Shown here: piece after piece, positions 17,912 through 26,534 of the stretch | How the letters are laid out: every line of letters starts with the position of its first letter | Position numbering within the stretch: position 1 is the stretch's first letter | Assembly (NCBI GenBank): GCA_030618105.1 | Contig: JAUXED010000001.1 | Span: forward strand, 16,120-80,119 | DNA: 64,000 bases | DNA from: Bacteroidota bacterium | Lineage (GTDB): Bacteria; Bacteroidota; Bacteroidia; Bacteroidales; VadinHA17 | Reading direction: 5' to 3' | Program-made: the position numbers and the translations under genes | The notes under the pieces: generated by a model | What the model was told of the DNA's origin: nothing | Seen by the model: only the letters and a program-made list of their open reading frames with translations | Databases searched by the model: none

Positions 17912-17973
17912 GTAGTAGGAAGGAAGAGGTGATGAGGTGATGAGGTGATGAGGTGATGAGGTGATGAGGTGAT
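17888..17973 (+). repeat. (GTARRNA)n heptamers followed by (GGTGATGA)x6 octamers, overlapping the GT gene stop
   Basis: Direct reading. Lies between the convergent GT and hemW genes. Confidence 0.9.
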
Positions 17974-17992
17974 TTGCCTTCGGCTTTCCGCT

Positions 17993-19117
17993 TTACATCA
18001 TTAATTCAGAGATGATATTATCCGCTATTAATTTTCCCTGGTCTGTAAGAATAAGGTTATCTTTTTTTTTCTTAATCATTCCATAATCAATAAATCTTTT
18101 CGAAAGTCCTGTGCAATAATCCATTGCTTCTTTACTGTAGTTTTCTTCAAGGAATTTAAGATCAATACCCCATATTGTCCTCAATGATGTTAATATATAT
18201 TCATTATATTTTTTCCTGTTATCCAGGTATTCTTTTTCAAATGGAACTTTGTTTTTGCTAATAGAATCCATATACATTTTATTGTCTGCTACATTCCACC
18301 GGCGTATTTTCCCGTTATATGAGTGAGCAGATGGTCCTAATCCAAGATATTTTACCTGTTTCCAGTAATTTGTGTTATGTTTTGAAAAAAAATTATCCAG
18401 GCAAAAATTTGAAATTTCATAATGAATAAATTCGTTTTCTCCTGCTTTTTTTATCAGAACCCTGAATTGTTCAATACTTATATCTTCTTCCGGTATTTTT
18501 ATACGTCCTTCTTTTATATACCGGAAAAAAACCGTATCAGGTTCTATTGTAAGATGGTAAGCCGAAATGTGGTTGATCTCCATTTGAAAAGCAATATCAA
18601 TATTGTTCTCCCATGTTTCCATGCTCATTCCCGGAATTCCGTATATCAGATCTACGTTTATATTTTCAAAGCCTGCATCTTTACTATCGTACACAGCTTT
18701 TATTCCTGTTTTACTTTGGTGCCTTCTGTTCAATAATCTAAGATCCCGGTCAGAGAATGATTGCAATCCTATACTTAACCTGTTTATTCCTGTTTTTACT
18801 AATTTATTCAAATACTGTTTTGTCAGGTCATCAGGATTTGCTTCGTAAGTAATTTCAGCATCTTTTGATATTTTGAAATACTTGTAAAGACCCTCAAATA
18901 TTATCATTATTTCCTCGTAATTAAGAACCGATGGGGTTCCTCCACCAAAATAGATTGTTTCAACCTGTTCCGACTCAAGAAATCCGTTTTCCAGCTCCAT
19001 CTCTTTCACCAGTGCTTTTATCATTCTACCTTTATCTTTCAGGTTTAATGACTTGTGAAAATCACAATAATGGCAAAGTTTCTTACAAAAGGGAATATGT
19101 ATGTAAATACCAGCCAT
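17993..19117 (-). CDS. hemW: Radical SAM HemN-like protein (heme chaperone HemW / coproporphyrinogen-III oxidase family)
   Basis: HIPFCKKLCHYCDF (CxxxCxxC), GGGTPS, 374 aa. Confidence 0.85.
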   Translation of the reverse strand: MAGIYIHIPFCKKLCHYCDFHKSLNLKDKGRMIKALVKEMELENGFLESEQVETIYFGGGTPSVLNYEEIMIIFEGLYKYFKISKDAEITYEANPDDLTKQYLNKLVKTGINRLSIGLQSFSDRDLRLLNRRHQSKTGIKAVYDSKDAGFENINVDLIYGIPGMSMETWENNIDIAFQMEINHISAYHLTIEPDTVFFRYIKEGRIKIPEEDISIEQFRVLIKKAGENEFIHYEISNFCLDNFFSKHNTNYWKQVKYLGLGPSAHSYNGKIRRWNVADNKMYMDSISKNKVPFEKEYLDNRKKYNEYILTSLRTIWGIDLKFLEENYSKEAMDYCTGLSKRFIDYGMIKKKKDNLILTDQGKLIADNIISELMM

Positions 19118-19140
19118 GTGTTTTAATGCTATTTATGTTC

Positions 19141-19188
19141 TATTATTCCATTATTCCCCTTTATCCCCTTTATCCCCTTTATCCCCTC
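19141..19188 (-). repeat. (CCCCTTTAT)x3 9-bp repeat encoding the GDKGDKGDKGE tail of the 1405-aa ORF
   Basis: Direct reading. Confidence 0.85.
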
Positions 19189-22100
19189 TACTCCGTTCTT
19201 CCAGTACAGCCAACACTGCATTCGATACAGCTCTTGGTTCCGGCGACATTGAATAAACATTTTTTTCATACTGACTATTATACGGAGAAATATTCAGCGG
19301 TATTCCATCAACTACAATTGTACTACTTCCCCCGGGGTCAAACCCCATTGCTTTTTCTATTCCCTGGTTAATTAAGATTTCAGCCATATCAAGGTGTGTA
19401 GCCCCAACTGATTCCCTTATTCTTCCGTTAACCGCAAGAATATACATATTTCCATTCTTATCCAATCCGGCAGCAATTTTTGGTCCTCTCATATCTGTAT
19501 AGTCTATTCTTGCTGCTTGTGTCTTTATTGAGTTTTCCGTTTTCCATCCTTCTTTTTGCATATCTAAACATGGCTTGTTTCTTTCTACCAACATAGGTCC
19601 GGCTTCGATACCATGTATATATTTTTCCAGTCCTTTTATTTTTATGCTTAATTTTCCTTCTTTTTCTTTCATTACTTCGGGAACTGATCCTGCCGGAAAC
19701 GAAAGCGTAATTCCCACCGGTATTATTTCAACCCTTTCTCCTTTTTTAGTGCTGATAATCTCTTTAATTGTATTTCCGGCAATTCTTATAATAGTACGAC
19801 CATTTCCTATAATATGTTTTTTAACAAAATTCAGATCATAATAACATGCTTTATCACCAGGTACGGATAAATTATATTGCTTTTCTGTAAAGTCGATTTT
19901 CTCTTCACCTTTAATAATTTCTATTCCCTTTGAACAGTTTACTCTTTGCATATAAAGTGTTCCGTCTTGTTTAACCAGAAATGCGGCTTTATTGAATAGT
20001 GGAAGACTTTTCACTTTCCCTTTTTCAATTAAAAGACCCATTGGCGAGCCAATGTAGGATTCCGGCAAACCAAGTTTTCCAACTAGTTCAGGATTTAAAA
20101 TATATCCTCCATTCCATCCTGCCTGCACTTTTTTCTTTTCTCTTTTTTCAAATTCTTTAATAAAATCTGTCACTTTTTTCGGTTGACTTTTAGTAAGAAC
20201 CGTAATAAACGACCATTTCTTTCCCTGTAAATTTGTTGCGATTCTTACCATCACACCATTCCATGGATGTCCGTCATTATAAACACCTGTTAGATATGAA
20301 TAATTAACCGGCTGTAAGACATCCTGTTTTTTACTTTTTAATTTATTCAAAACAAACTTCACCGGCGATCCGTTTTGTTCTGCATCATTTTTCAGTTCCT
20401 TAAGCACTTTTTCCTTTCCTTTTTCCTTGCATAAATTCTTAAACAAGTTTCCTTTTAGCTCTTCGCTAAAATCTTTTGCTGTTTGAATTGGTGTTGGATA
20501 TGCAAGAGTGGGGCGCATTCCCGCAGGCACAAATTGTATATACCCTGTTCCTTTTGGTATACCCATAATGTTTGCAGTTGTATCCTCTCTAACTCTTCCT
20601 ATATGAAATCGGTCAATATCAAGAATATCAGTCATTACTATCGCGTTCTTACGATTAGAAATTAAAAACCCCTTACCATTTTTTATTTGCCCAAGAATTT
20701 TTAATGCCTTTTCTCCCAACTGGGAGAAATGAATACCCACACATAATTGTTTTGTTCTTACAATCTGTAAAATTTTCTTTTCGTAAAGCAGTTTTAGTTC
20801 TCTGTCACCACTATTTTTAATATATTTTATTATCTCGTTAGCGTCAGCCCATTGTCTTATTGATTTTTCCTGTGCAAAAAGAAAAACCGGCTCAATTTCT
20901 GCTTCACGTCCATTGAGTTTTTCTTTTGTAAGTTCTTCTTCAATTTTTAAGTTAAGCCTTGATCTTACAGATTGGAGCGCAAAGAATTCCAGTTCATACA
21001 TGATATGTTTTCCGGAAAAAATTCCAATAGGTACATTTGCATGCATTCTATCCAGAAGCTCTTCCCTGTCGTCTATTGCAAGATGTTTGCTTGATGTAAG
21101 CTGTGAAAGAGCCAGGTTCCAGTCGGTAAAAAAATGAGAGCCTGTATCAACGCGGTAGGTTGTTGTTGGCCGTATAATTTCATGGTAAATAAGATTTATC
21201 AGTCCTGTTATTTCCTGAATTGTAAAATCCCTGTATGGATAATGGTATTTGTTCCTGTGCCGGTATGACATTGAGTGGTCATGTCTTATTTTTATTTCAC
21301 CTTCGCGATAGCGAAAAATATTATCAACCGTGTTATAAAATTTTACTATTTTTTCTTCTGCAATAAATACGTGGTCCGGATCATCATTAACCAGGTCTTT
21401 TGCAAACATAAAGGCCATACCCCTAACTTCCTGTTCCTCAACTCTGAAATAGCTGGGATCAATAAGTGATTTCAGTTTAAGCATAAATAACAATCTTCCA
21501 TATCCCGGTAAATAATGCCTTTTTTCTGTTTTAATAATTTCTTCTAATCCTTCATTATTATTATTTATCAAATCCCGGTATTTATTGAAGCTGTCTTTTG
21601 CCTTTTCCATGCACAGGACATTTGTTTCCAACTGATTATATAACCTGAAGTTAATCTCTCTAATATTTTGGTAAAGAGTTTCCAGACTGTATCTTTTATC
21701 AACCGCATTTATGTTCTGTTCGTATTCATCACTAAAATTGTGTGGAAAAAAGACTCTTTCAAAAATGTTATTAACATGTTCCTTATTAATATTCTTCCCG
21801 TCAAATTCGATTACTTTTAGTCTGTCTTCCTCGGGCAGATTCTCTCCTATTACATCTGAATAAACATTTTCGGGATAATACCTGCTGCAAAATATTGGAA
21901 CACCACATGCTGCTGCCTCAATAATAGGTAAACCCCTCCCCTCGGTTTCGCTTGGGAGAAGCACAAGTGATGCAACATTATATAATTCCGGTATCCCCAC
22001 GGGGTTTTTAAACCGTTTCAGAAATTTTTCTTTATCCAGTTCACTAAATAAAAATGCCAGGTAAATTTTCTCCTTCAGGTCTTTATCAATTGATCTTAGT

Positions 22101-23368
22101 AATTCTGAAAATTTCTTTAATATTTTGTTAAAATAGCTAAACTGACCATTTGCTATAGGTCCGGTTACCAGCAAAGTAATTTTAAGATGTTCGGTTTCTC
22201 TGAATTTCTCAATTATTTCTTTATTCAAAAGCATTTTATTGATCAGGCGAAACCCGGTTTCAATCCTTTTCCTGGCTATAATCCGTGTGGGCTGCAGAAA
22301 AATAATGTTCTCGGCCAGGAAATTTGCTTTCGCATTTGTTTTGTTTCCAATAAGTATTGGTCTGGGATTACTTTTAATAACCAGCCTGTTTTCAATAACA
22401 TCTTTTACCGAATAACCTATCAGTGTATTTTCATACCTGCTTAATATTTTTTCAAACTGGTAATAAGTATTGATCTTTATTCTCTTGCTGGGATTTTTAT
22501 ATTCTTCCGTATCAATTGCTGTTCCTATCAAATCTATATTTGCCGGATTATGCCCGTTTTTTTCAATAAGGTGATCGCTTTGTCTTTGGTTAATATTGAC
22601 GGAAAGCCATGATCTTGATTCCCAAGGGAATAATATTTCAATAATGCTAAAAAACTCACCAATATGTGAATTAGTGAAGAAAAAATCTCTTGGTCCTTTT
22701 TCCAGACCCTTTTCTCTGATATCTATTTCTCTATTACCTCCCTCCCAATAAAAATCATGATTATTGCAGATTACCGGTATCCCCATAATTTCCGATACCA
22801 GTACGTTTGCCAATGCAAATGATACATTTCCCGGGTTTGAACATATATTAACAATGAATAGTAATTTAATGTTCCTTCTTTCTATGTATTTTCCCAGTTT
22901 TTCGGAAATTACAAGTACTTCATTCCAAAATTTCAGGATAAGGTTGTTATACACCCTGCTTCCTCTTTCCAATTTAGTATGGAAAAAATCATTGTACAAT
23001 GGCCAGCTATCAAAGCTTTTCGCTTCCTTTATTACAAATATTCTGGTTTCAGGATCTATAATTTTTTTTGCTTCCGGCTTAAACCCACCACCAATATAAT
23101 GTATTGGTATACCAGCCATATTTTTCCTGTATAGTTTTGCATATTTTTCAATTTCAATAGTCACACCATCAATTGAATAACCAAATGTCACAAACCCAAT
23201 TCCTTCTTCTTTTAATTCATTCCTGAAATCCTTAAAACTATTGTTGTATTCAATTGTTGGAACTGGATTATTTTCTTTCAATTCATCTAGAAACAAACCC
23301 AGGTCAAACCAGGTTTTTATTTTTTCCCGGTTTAAGAACTTCATCATTTCTGTAGCTGTCTTTTTCAT
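19151..23368 (-). CDS. 1405-aa multidomain protein: GT4-like glycosyltransferase + unassigned central region + C-terminal phosphodiester glycosidase (NAGPA/DUF2233-like) domain
   Basis: The N-terminal half has IDGVTIEIEKY, NNHDFYWEGG and ETEGRGLPIIEAAACG (E-x7-E). The C-terminal ~300 aa has NGGY...SPMGLLIEKG...AAGLDKNGNMYILAVNGR...GFDPGGSSTIVVDG. The tail GDKGDKGDKGE is encoded by a 9-bp repeat. Confidence 0.8.
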   Translation of the reverse strand: MKKTATEMMKFLNREKIKTWFDLGLFLDELKENNPVPTIEYNNSFKDFRNELKEEGIGFVTFGYSIDGVTIEIEKYAKLYRKNMAGIPIHYIGGGFKPEAKKIIDPETRIFVIKEAKSFDSWPLYNDFFHTKLERGSRVYNNLILKFWNEVLVISEKLGKYIERRNIKLLFIVNICSNPGNVSFALANVLVSEIMGIPVICNNHDFYWEGGNREIDIREKGLEKGPRDFFFTNSHIGEFFSIIEILFPWESRSWLSVNINQRQSDHLIEKNGHNPANIDLIGTAIDTEEYKNPSKRIKINTYYQFEKILSRYENTLIGYSVKDVIENRLVIKSNPRPILIGNKTNAKANFLAENIIFLQPTRIIARKRIETGFRLINKMLLNKEIIEKFRETEHLKITLLVTGPIANGQFSYFNKILKKFSELLRSIDKDLKEKIYLAFLFSELDKEKFLKRFKNPVGIPELYNVASLVLLPSETEGRGLPIIEAAACGVPIFCSRYYPENVYSDVIGENLPEEDRLKVIEFDGKNINKEHVNNIFERVFFPHNFSDEYEQNINAVDKRYSLETLYQNIREINFRLYNQLETNVLCMEKAKDSFNKYRDLINNNNEGLEEIIKTEKRHYLPGYGRLLFMLKLKSLIDPSYFRVEEQEVRGMAFMFAKDLVNDDPDHVFIAEEKIVKFYNTVDNIFRYREGEIKIRHDHSMSYRHRNKYHYPYRDFTIQEITGLINLIYHEIIRPTTTYRVDTGSHFFTDWNLALSQLTSSKHLAIDDREELLDRMHANVPIGIFSGKHIMYELEFFALQSVRSRLNLKIEEELTKEKLNGREAEIEPVFLFAQEKSIRQWADANEIIKYIKNSGDRELKLLYEKKILQIVRTKQLCVGIHFSQLGEKALKILGQIKNGKGFLISNRKNAIVMTDILDIDRFHIGRVREDTTANIMGIPKGTGYIQFVPAGMRPTLAYPTPIQTAKDFSEELKGNLFKNLCKEKGKEKVLKELKNDAEQNGSPVKFVLNKLKSKKQDVLQPVNYSYLTGVYNDGHPWNGVMVRIATNLQGKKWSFITVLTKSQPKKVTDFIKEFEKREKKKVQAGWNGGYILNPELVGKLGLPESYIGSPMGLLIEKGKVKSLPLFNKAAFLVKQDGTLYMQRVNCSKGIEIIKGEEKIDFTEKQYNLSVPGDKACYYDLNFVKKHIIGNGRTIIRIAGNTIKEIISTKKGERVEIIPVGITLSFPAGSVPEVMKEKEGKLSIKIKGLEKYIHGIEAGPMLVERNKPCLDMQKEGWKTENSIKTQAARIDYTDMRGPKIAAGLDKNGNMYILAVNGRIRESVGATHLDMAEILINQGIEKAMGFDPGGSSTIVVDGIPLNISPYNSQYEKNVYSMSPEPRAVSNAVLAVLEERSRGDKGDKGDKGE

Positions 23369-23430
23369 AAAGCTATATCTCCATTTTATAACAGTGAAAT
23401 ATGGCAGGCATTTTACATTCTTCTAAAAAG

Positions 23431-23527
23431 TTACTGGGTGCTGGGTGCTGGTTACTGGTTACTGGCCTGATCTTTAACCTTGAATTCTTAATTCTTCCTT
23501 ACTCAACTACTCACCCTACTTAACTAC
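23431..23527. repeat. (CTGGGTG/CTGGTTA)n heptamers (23431-23465) and the YACTCAAC-type word block (23494-23527) in a divergent intergenic region
   Basis: Same words as 48600-48643 (reverse complement) and 30879-30923 / 50261-50349. Confidence 0.85.
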
Positions 23528-23676
23528 AAATTCTGATTAGTTACTAAATATAAGAATTTATCATCTAATTATTTGTTTTGTTTGTTTTTTTAGCTTTGTA
23601 TTGTTTAATCATTCTTAGAAATCCACCTTTTTTGATGGTGGTCGTGTTTTTTTTGTTCTGTTAATTTTTTTATTTA

Positions 23677-24045
23677 ATGTTCATAAAATCCTTCTGGCCG
23701 GCTATTATCTGGGGAATTTTTATTTTCATTATATGTTCCTTTCCTGGTGATGACATTCCAAAATCGTTTATTATCAACATTCCTTTCGTAGATAAAATTA
23801 TTCACTTTTTTTTGTATTTCCTGCTGGCGATACTAATTATGTTTGGTACTTTAAAAAAAGCTAAAACCACTTTAACCATCCGGCATTTTCTTTTTACTTT
23901 TTTTATTTCTCTCTTCTATGGAGTTTTACTGGAGGCTTTGCAGGATTTTCTATTTATAATGCGAAGTGGTGATTTTATGGATATTGCAGCTAATGCAACC
24001 GGTTCTTTTGTTGGATTAGTAGTTTTCTATTTTTTTAGGAATTAA
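23677..24045 (+). CDS. VanZ-like family membrane protein
   Basis: 122 aa with 4 TM segments and a DKxxHFxxY-type motif (VDKIIHFFLYFLL). Confidence 0.6.
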   Translation: MFIKSFWPAIIWGIFIFIICSFPGDDIPKSFIINIPFVDKIIHFFLYFLLAILIMFGTLKKAKTTLTIRHFLFTFFISLFYGVLLEALQDFLFIMRSGDFMDIAANATGSFVGLVVFYFFRN

Positions 24046-24061
24046 TGATATTCTTTTTTAA

Positions 24062-24508
24062 TTATACGCTTTTTACAGGAATTTTTTTTATCCTTCTTTC
24101 GTGTCTTCCTCCGTCAAACTGAGTATTCAGAAATACTTTAATTATTGCAATTGCTTGTGCCTGATTAATAAATCTTCCCGGAAGAGCGCAAATATTTGCA
24201 TTATTGTGTGATCTTGCCAATTCCGCTATTTCAATATTCCAGCACAGAGCTGATCTTATTCCAGGATATTTATTAGCAACCATATTTATTCCGTTTCCAC
24301 TACCACAAACAGTTATTCCATAATCATATTCTTTATTTTCAACAGATCTTACCATAGGATGACCATAATCAGGATAATCTACACTTTCTTCCGAATCAGT
24401 TCCATAATCTCTTATTTTATATCCCTCCTTTATCAGGTATTCAATCAGTATTTCTTTTATATAAAATCCTGCATGATCACAAGTAATAGCAATATTTATT
24501 TTTTTCAT
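24062..24508 (-). CDS. rpiB: Ribose-5-phosphate isomerase B
   Basis: 148 aa. CDHAG, CGSGNGI and the RpiB/LacAB fold pattern. Confidence 0.9.
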   Translation of the reverse strand: MKKINIAITCDHAGFYIKEILIEYLIKEGYKIRDYGTDSEESVDYPDYGHPMVRSVENKEYDYGITVCGSGNGINMVANKYPGIRSALCWNIEIAELARSHNNANICALPGRFINQAQAIAIIKVFLNTQFDGGRHERRIKKIPVKSV

Positions 24509-24551
24509 TTTAAATAATTATTAATTTTTAAAATTTATTTTTCCTGCTTTA

Positions 24552-24733
24552 TTTACAATTTATGTATACCCATAAAGCATAATAAGTATACCGGTTTTGC
24601 GATCCGCCAGCTGGCGGAGAAGCAATCTTCCCTGGCTTTTCGTAAAGCTTATAATAGTCTATTTATTTGACATTCTGGTTGTTTTTGGTAGTTTACTTCG
24701 TCGTTTCACTCCTCGCAAAATCTTTTTTCAACC
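24552..24733 (-). mobile_element. ~182-bp MITE-like palindromic element, full copy 1 (inverted relative to copy 2)
   Basis: Its reverse complement aligns by eye end-to-end with 36897-37078. Shared features are the GATTTTGCGA / TCGCAAAAYC arms, GAAGCAATCT / AGATTGCTTC inner arms and the TCCGCCAGCTGGCGGA palindrome. Confidence 0.75.
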
Positions 24734-25119
24734 AATAAAATCCATTATTAATAATATGTTCATTATTTGTTAAATTAGATAAATAAAAATTTATTAAATA
24801 TTTTTCTTTATCATTTATTAATAAAAAAAATGTTTTATCAAAAAAAAGTTATTTACTAAATAACGCCATAAAATGAACAAAAATTTTAAATTTTTTATAA
24901 AATATTTATTAAATTATAACTTATTATTTTCCTTTCAACAGTTGTTAATTTTTATAATAATACATTGAATCACAACCTGTTTTTTTTGTAATATTGTTGA
25001 AATTTTGTTCCTAACTTTTTAAAAACATAATATACAACAATTATGTATATTATTTTTTAACACAATTAACAATACATTATTAATAACATAAATAATAATT
25101 AAATATATAATATATTAAT

Positions 25120-26118
25120 ATGAATGTTAATAAATACAATATAAAAGAAAAGGGATTTGTTGATATAAAAATAGATAATGAATTGAATATAAACGATGAA
25201 ATTGATAAGTTAAGAAAAAGAAAAAATGCTATTATACTAGCTCATTTTTATCAAAATAGTGAAATACAAGATATTGCAGATTTTGTAGGAGACAGTCTTG
25301 CTTTATCACAACAAGCAACAAAAACAAATTGTGATATAATTGTTTTTGCCGGTGTTCATTTTATGGCTGAAACTGCAAAAATATTGTCACCAGAAAAAAA
25401 AGTATTATTACCGGATTTAAATGCTGGTTGTTCATTAGCAGAATCTTGTCCGGCTAATGAATTTGCTAAATTTTTAAAAAAATTTCCTGATCATACTGTT
25501 ATATCATATATTAATACAACTAAAGAAATAAAGGCTTTAACAGATATTACATGTACTTCATCAAATGTTTTAAAGATAATAGAATCATTGCCATCCGATG
25601 AAAAAATATTATTTGCACCAGATAAAAATCTTGGTAATTATGTAAAAAGTAAAACAGGGAGAGAAATGGTTATTTGGGATGGAGCCTGTCATGTACATGA
25701 ACAATTTTCATTAGAAAAAACACTTAAAATAAAAGAGGAACACCCACAAGCAAAGATAATTGCACATCCTGAATGTGAAAAACAGGTGTTACTGGTAGCT
25801 GATCATATAGGATCAACATCATCTTTACTAAAATATACAATTGAAGATAATTCAAAAGAATATATTGTTGCAACAGAATCAGGAATTATTCATCAAATGA
25901 AAAAAAATAATCCGGGAAAGATATTTTTTATTGCTCCGCCAAAAGATTCAACCTATGGATGTAATGATTGTAATTTTATGAAACTCATAACAATAGAGAA
26001 GATTTATAATACTCTGAAATATGAAATACCTGAAATAAAAATTGATGAAAAATTAAGAAAGAGAGCCGAAAGAAGTATTATAAAAATGTTAAAAATAAGT
26101 GAAGAATTGGGATTATAA
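25120..26118 (+). CDS. nadA: Quinolinate synthase
   Basis: 332 aa. ILAHFYQ, VHFMAETAKIL, INTT..IKA, HPEC motifs. Confidence 0.9.
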   Translation: MNVNKYNIKEKGFVDIKIDNELNINDEIDKLRKRKNAIILAHFYQNSEIQDIADFVGDSLALSQQATKTNCDIIVFAGVHFMAETAKILSPEKKVLLPDLNAGCSLAESCPANEFAKFLKKFPDHTVISYINTTKEIKALTDITCTSSNVLKIIESLPSDEKILFAPDKNLGNYVKSKTGREMVIWDGACHVHEQFSLEKTLKIKEEHPQAKIIAHPECEKQVLLVADHIGSTSSLLKYTIEDNSKEYIVATESGIIHQMKKNNPGKIFFIAPPKDSTYGCNDCNFMKLITIEKIYNTLKYEIPEIKIDEKLRKRAERSIIKMLKISEELGL

Positions 26119-26122
26119 GAAA

Positions 26123-26444
26123 GTTGGCAGTCGGCAATCAACAGTCAGCAAGAAAATAAAAACTCAAATAACAAGCACCAAATAACAAATAAAAAACAAG
26201 ATTCAAAAAAAGAAAATTGGAAGAAAAAAAAATAAAATATTGGTAAATTCTATATTGAATTTTTATTTTTTTGTTAATTGGATATTATTTACTCACAAAA
26301 TAATTAATTTTAAAGGTGTTCCCCGAAAAAACGGGGCAAGCTGTGAGATCACTTCGTTAAGTTGTTTTTTGAGATTTGTTATTTATTTATAAATTGACAC
26401 TAAGTAGTTCAGTCTTCAGATTGCTGACTGAAGGCTGCCGACTT
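26123..26444. repeat. Long imperfect inverted repeat with AGTCGGC/AGTCAGC words at both ends in opposite orientation, and an internal CCCCGAAAAAACGGGG hairpin
   Basis: 26123-26150 compared with the reverse complement of 26410-26444. The A-rich inner arms (AAATAACAAAT...) are also mirrored. Hairpin at 26321-26336. Confidence 0.45.
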
Positions 26445-26534
26445 ATAAACGCAAAGCATAATGAGATTAGTAATTTTAGCAATAAAAAAATTAAGACACT
26501 GCATAGTTACAGAGTTTTATTAAGGTTATAAATA

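Noticed and set aside
17927-17973. Possible CRISPR array, given the many short direct repeats
   Set aside because: The units are 7-9 bp and strictly tandem with no unique spacers. No cas genes are in the window.
24734-25119. AT-rich tract as a replication origin (mnmG/gidA is also in the window)
   Set aside because: I see no dnaA or dnaN nearby and no cluster of TTATCCACA-like boxes. The only near-matches I noticed are isolated ones at ~5632 (inside a CDS) and ~9275.
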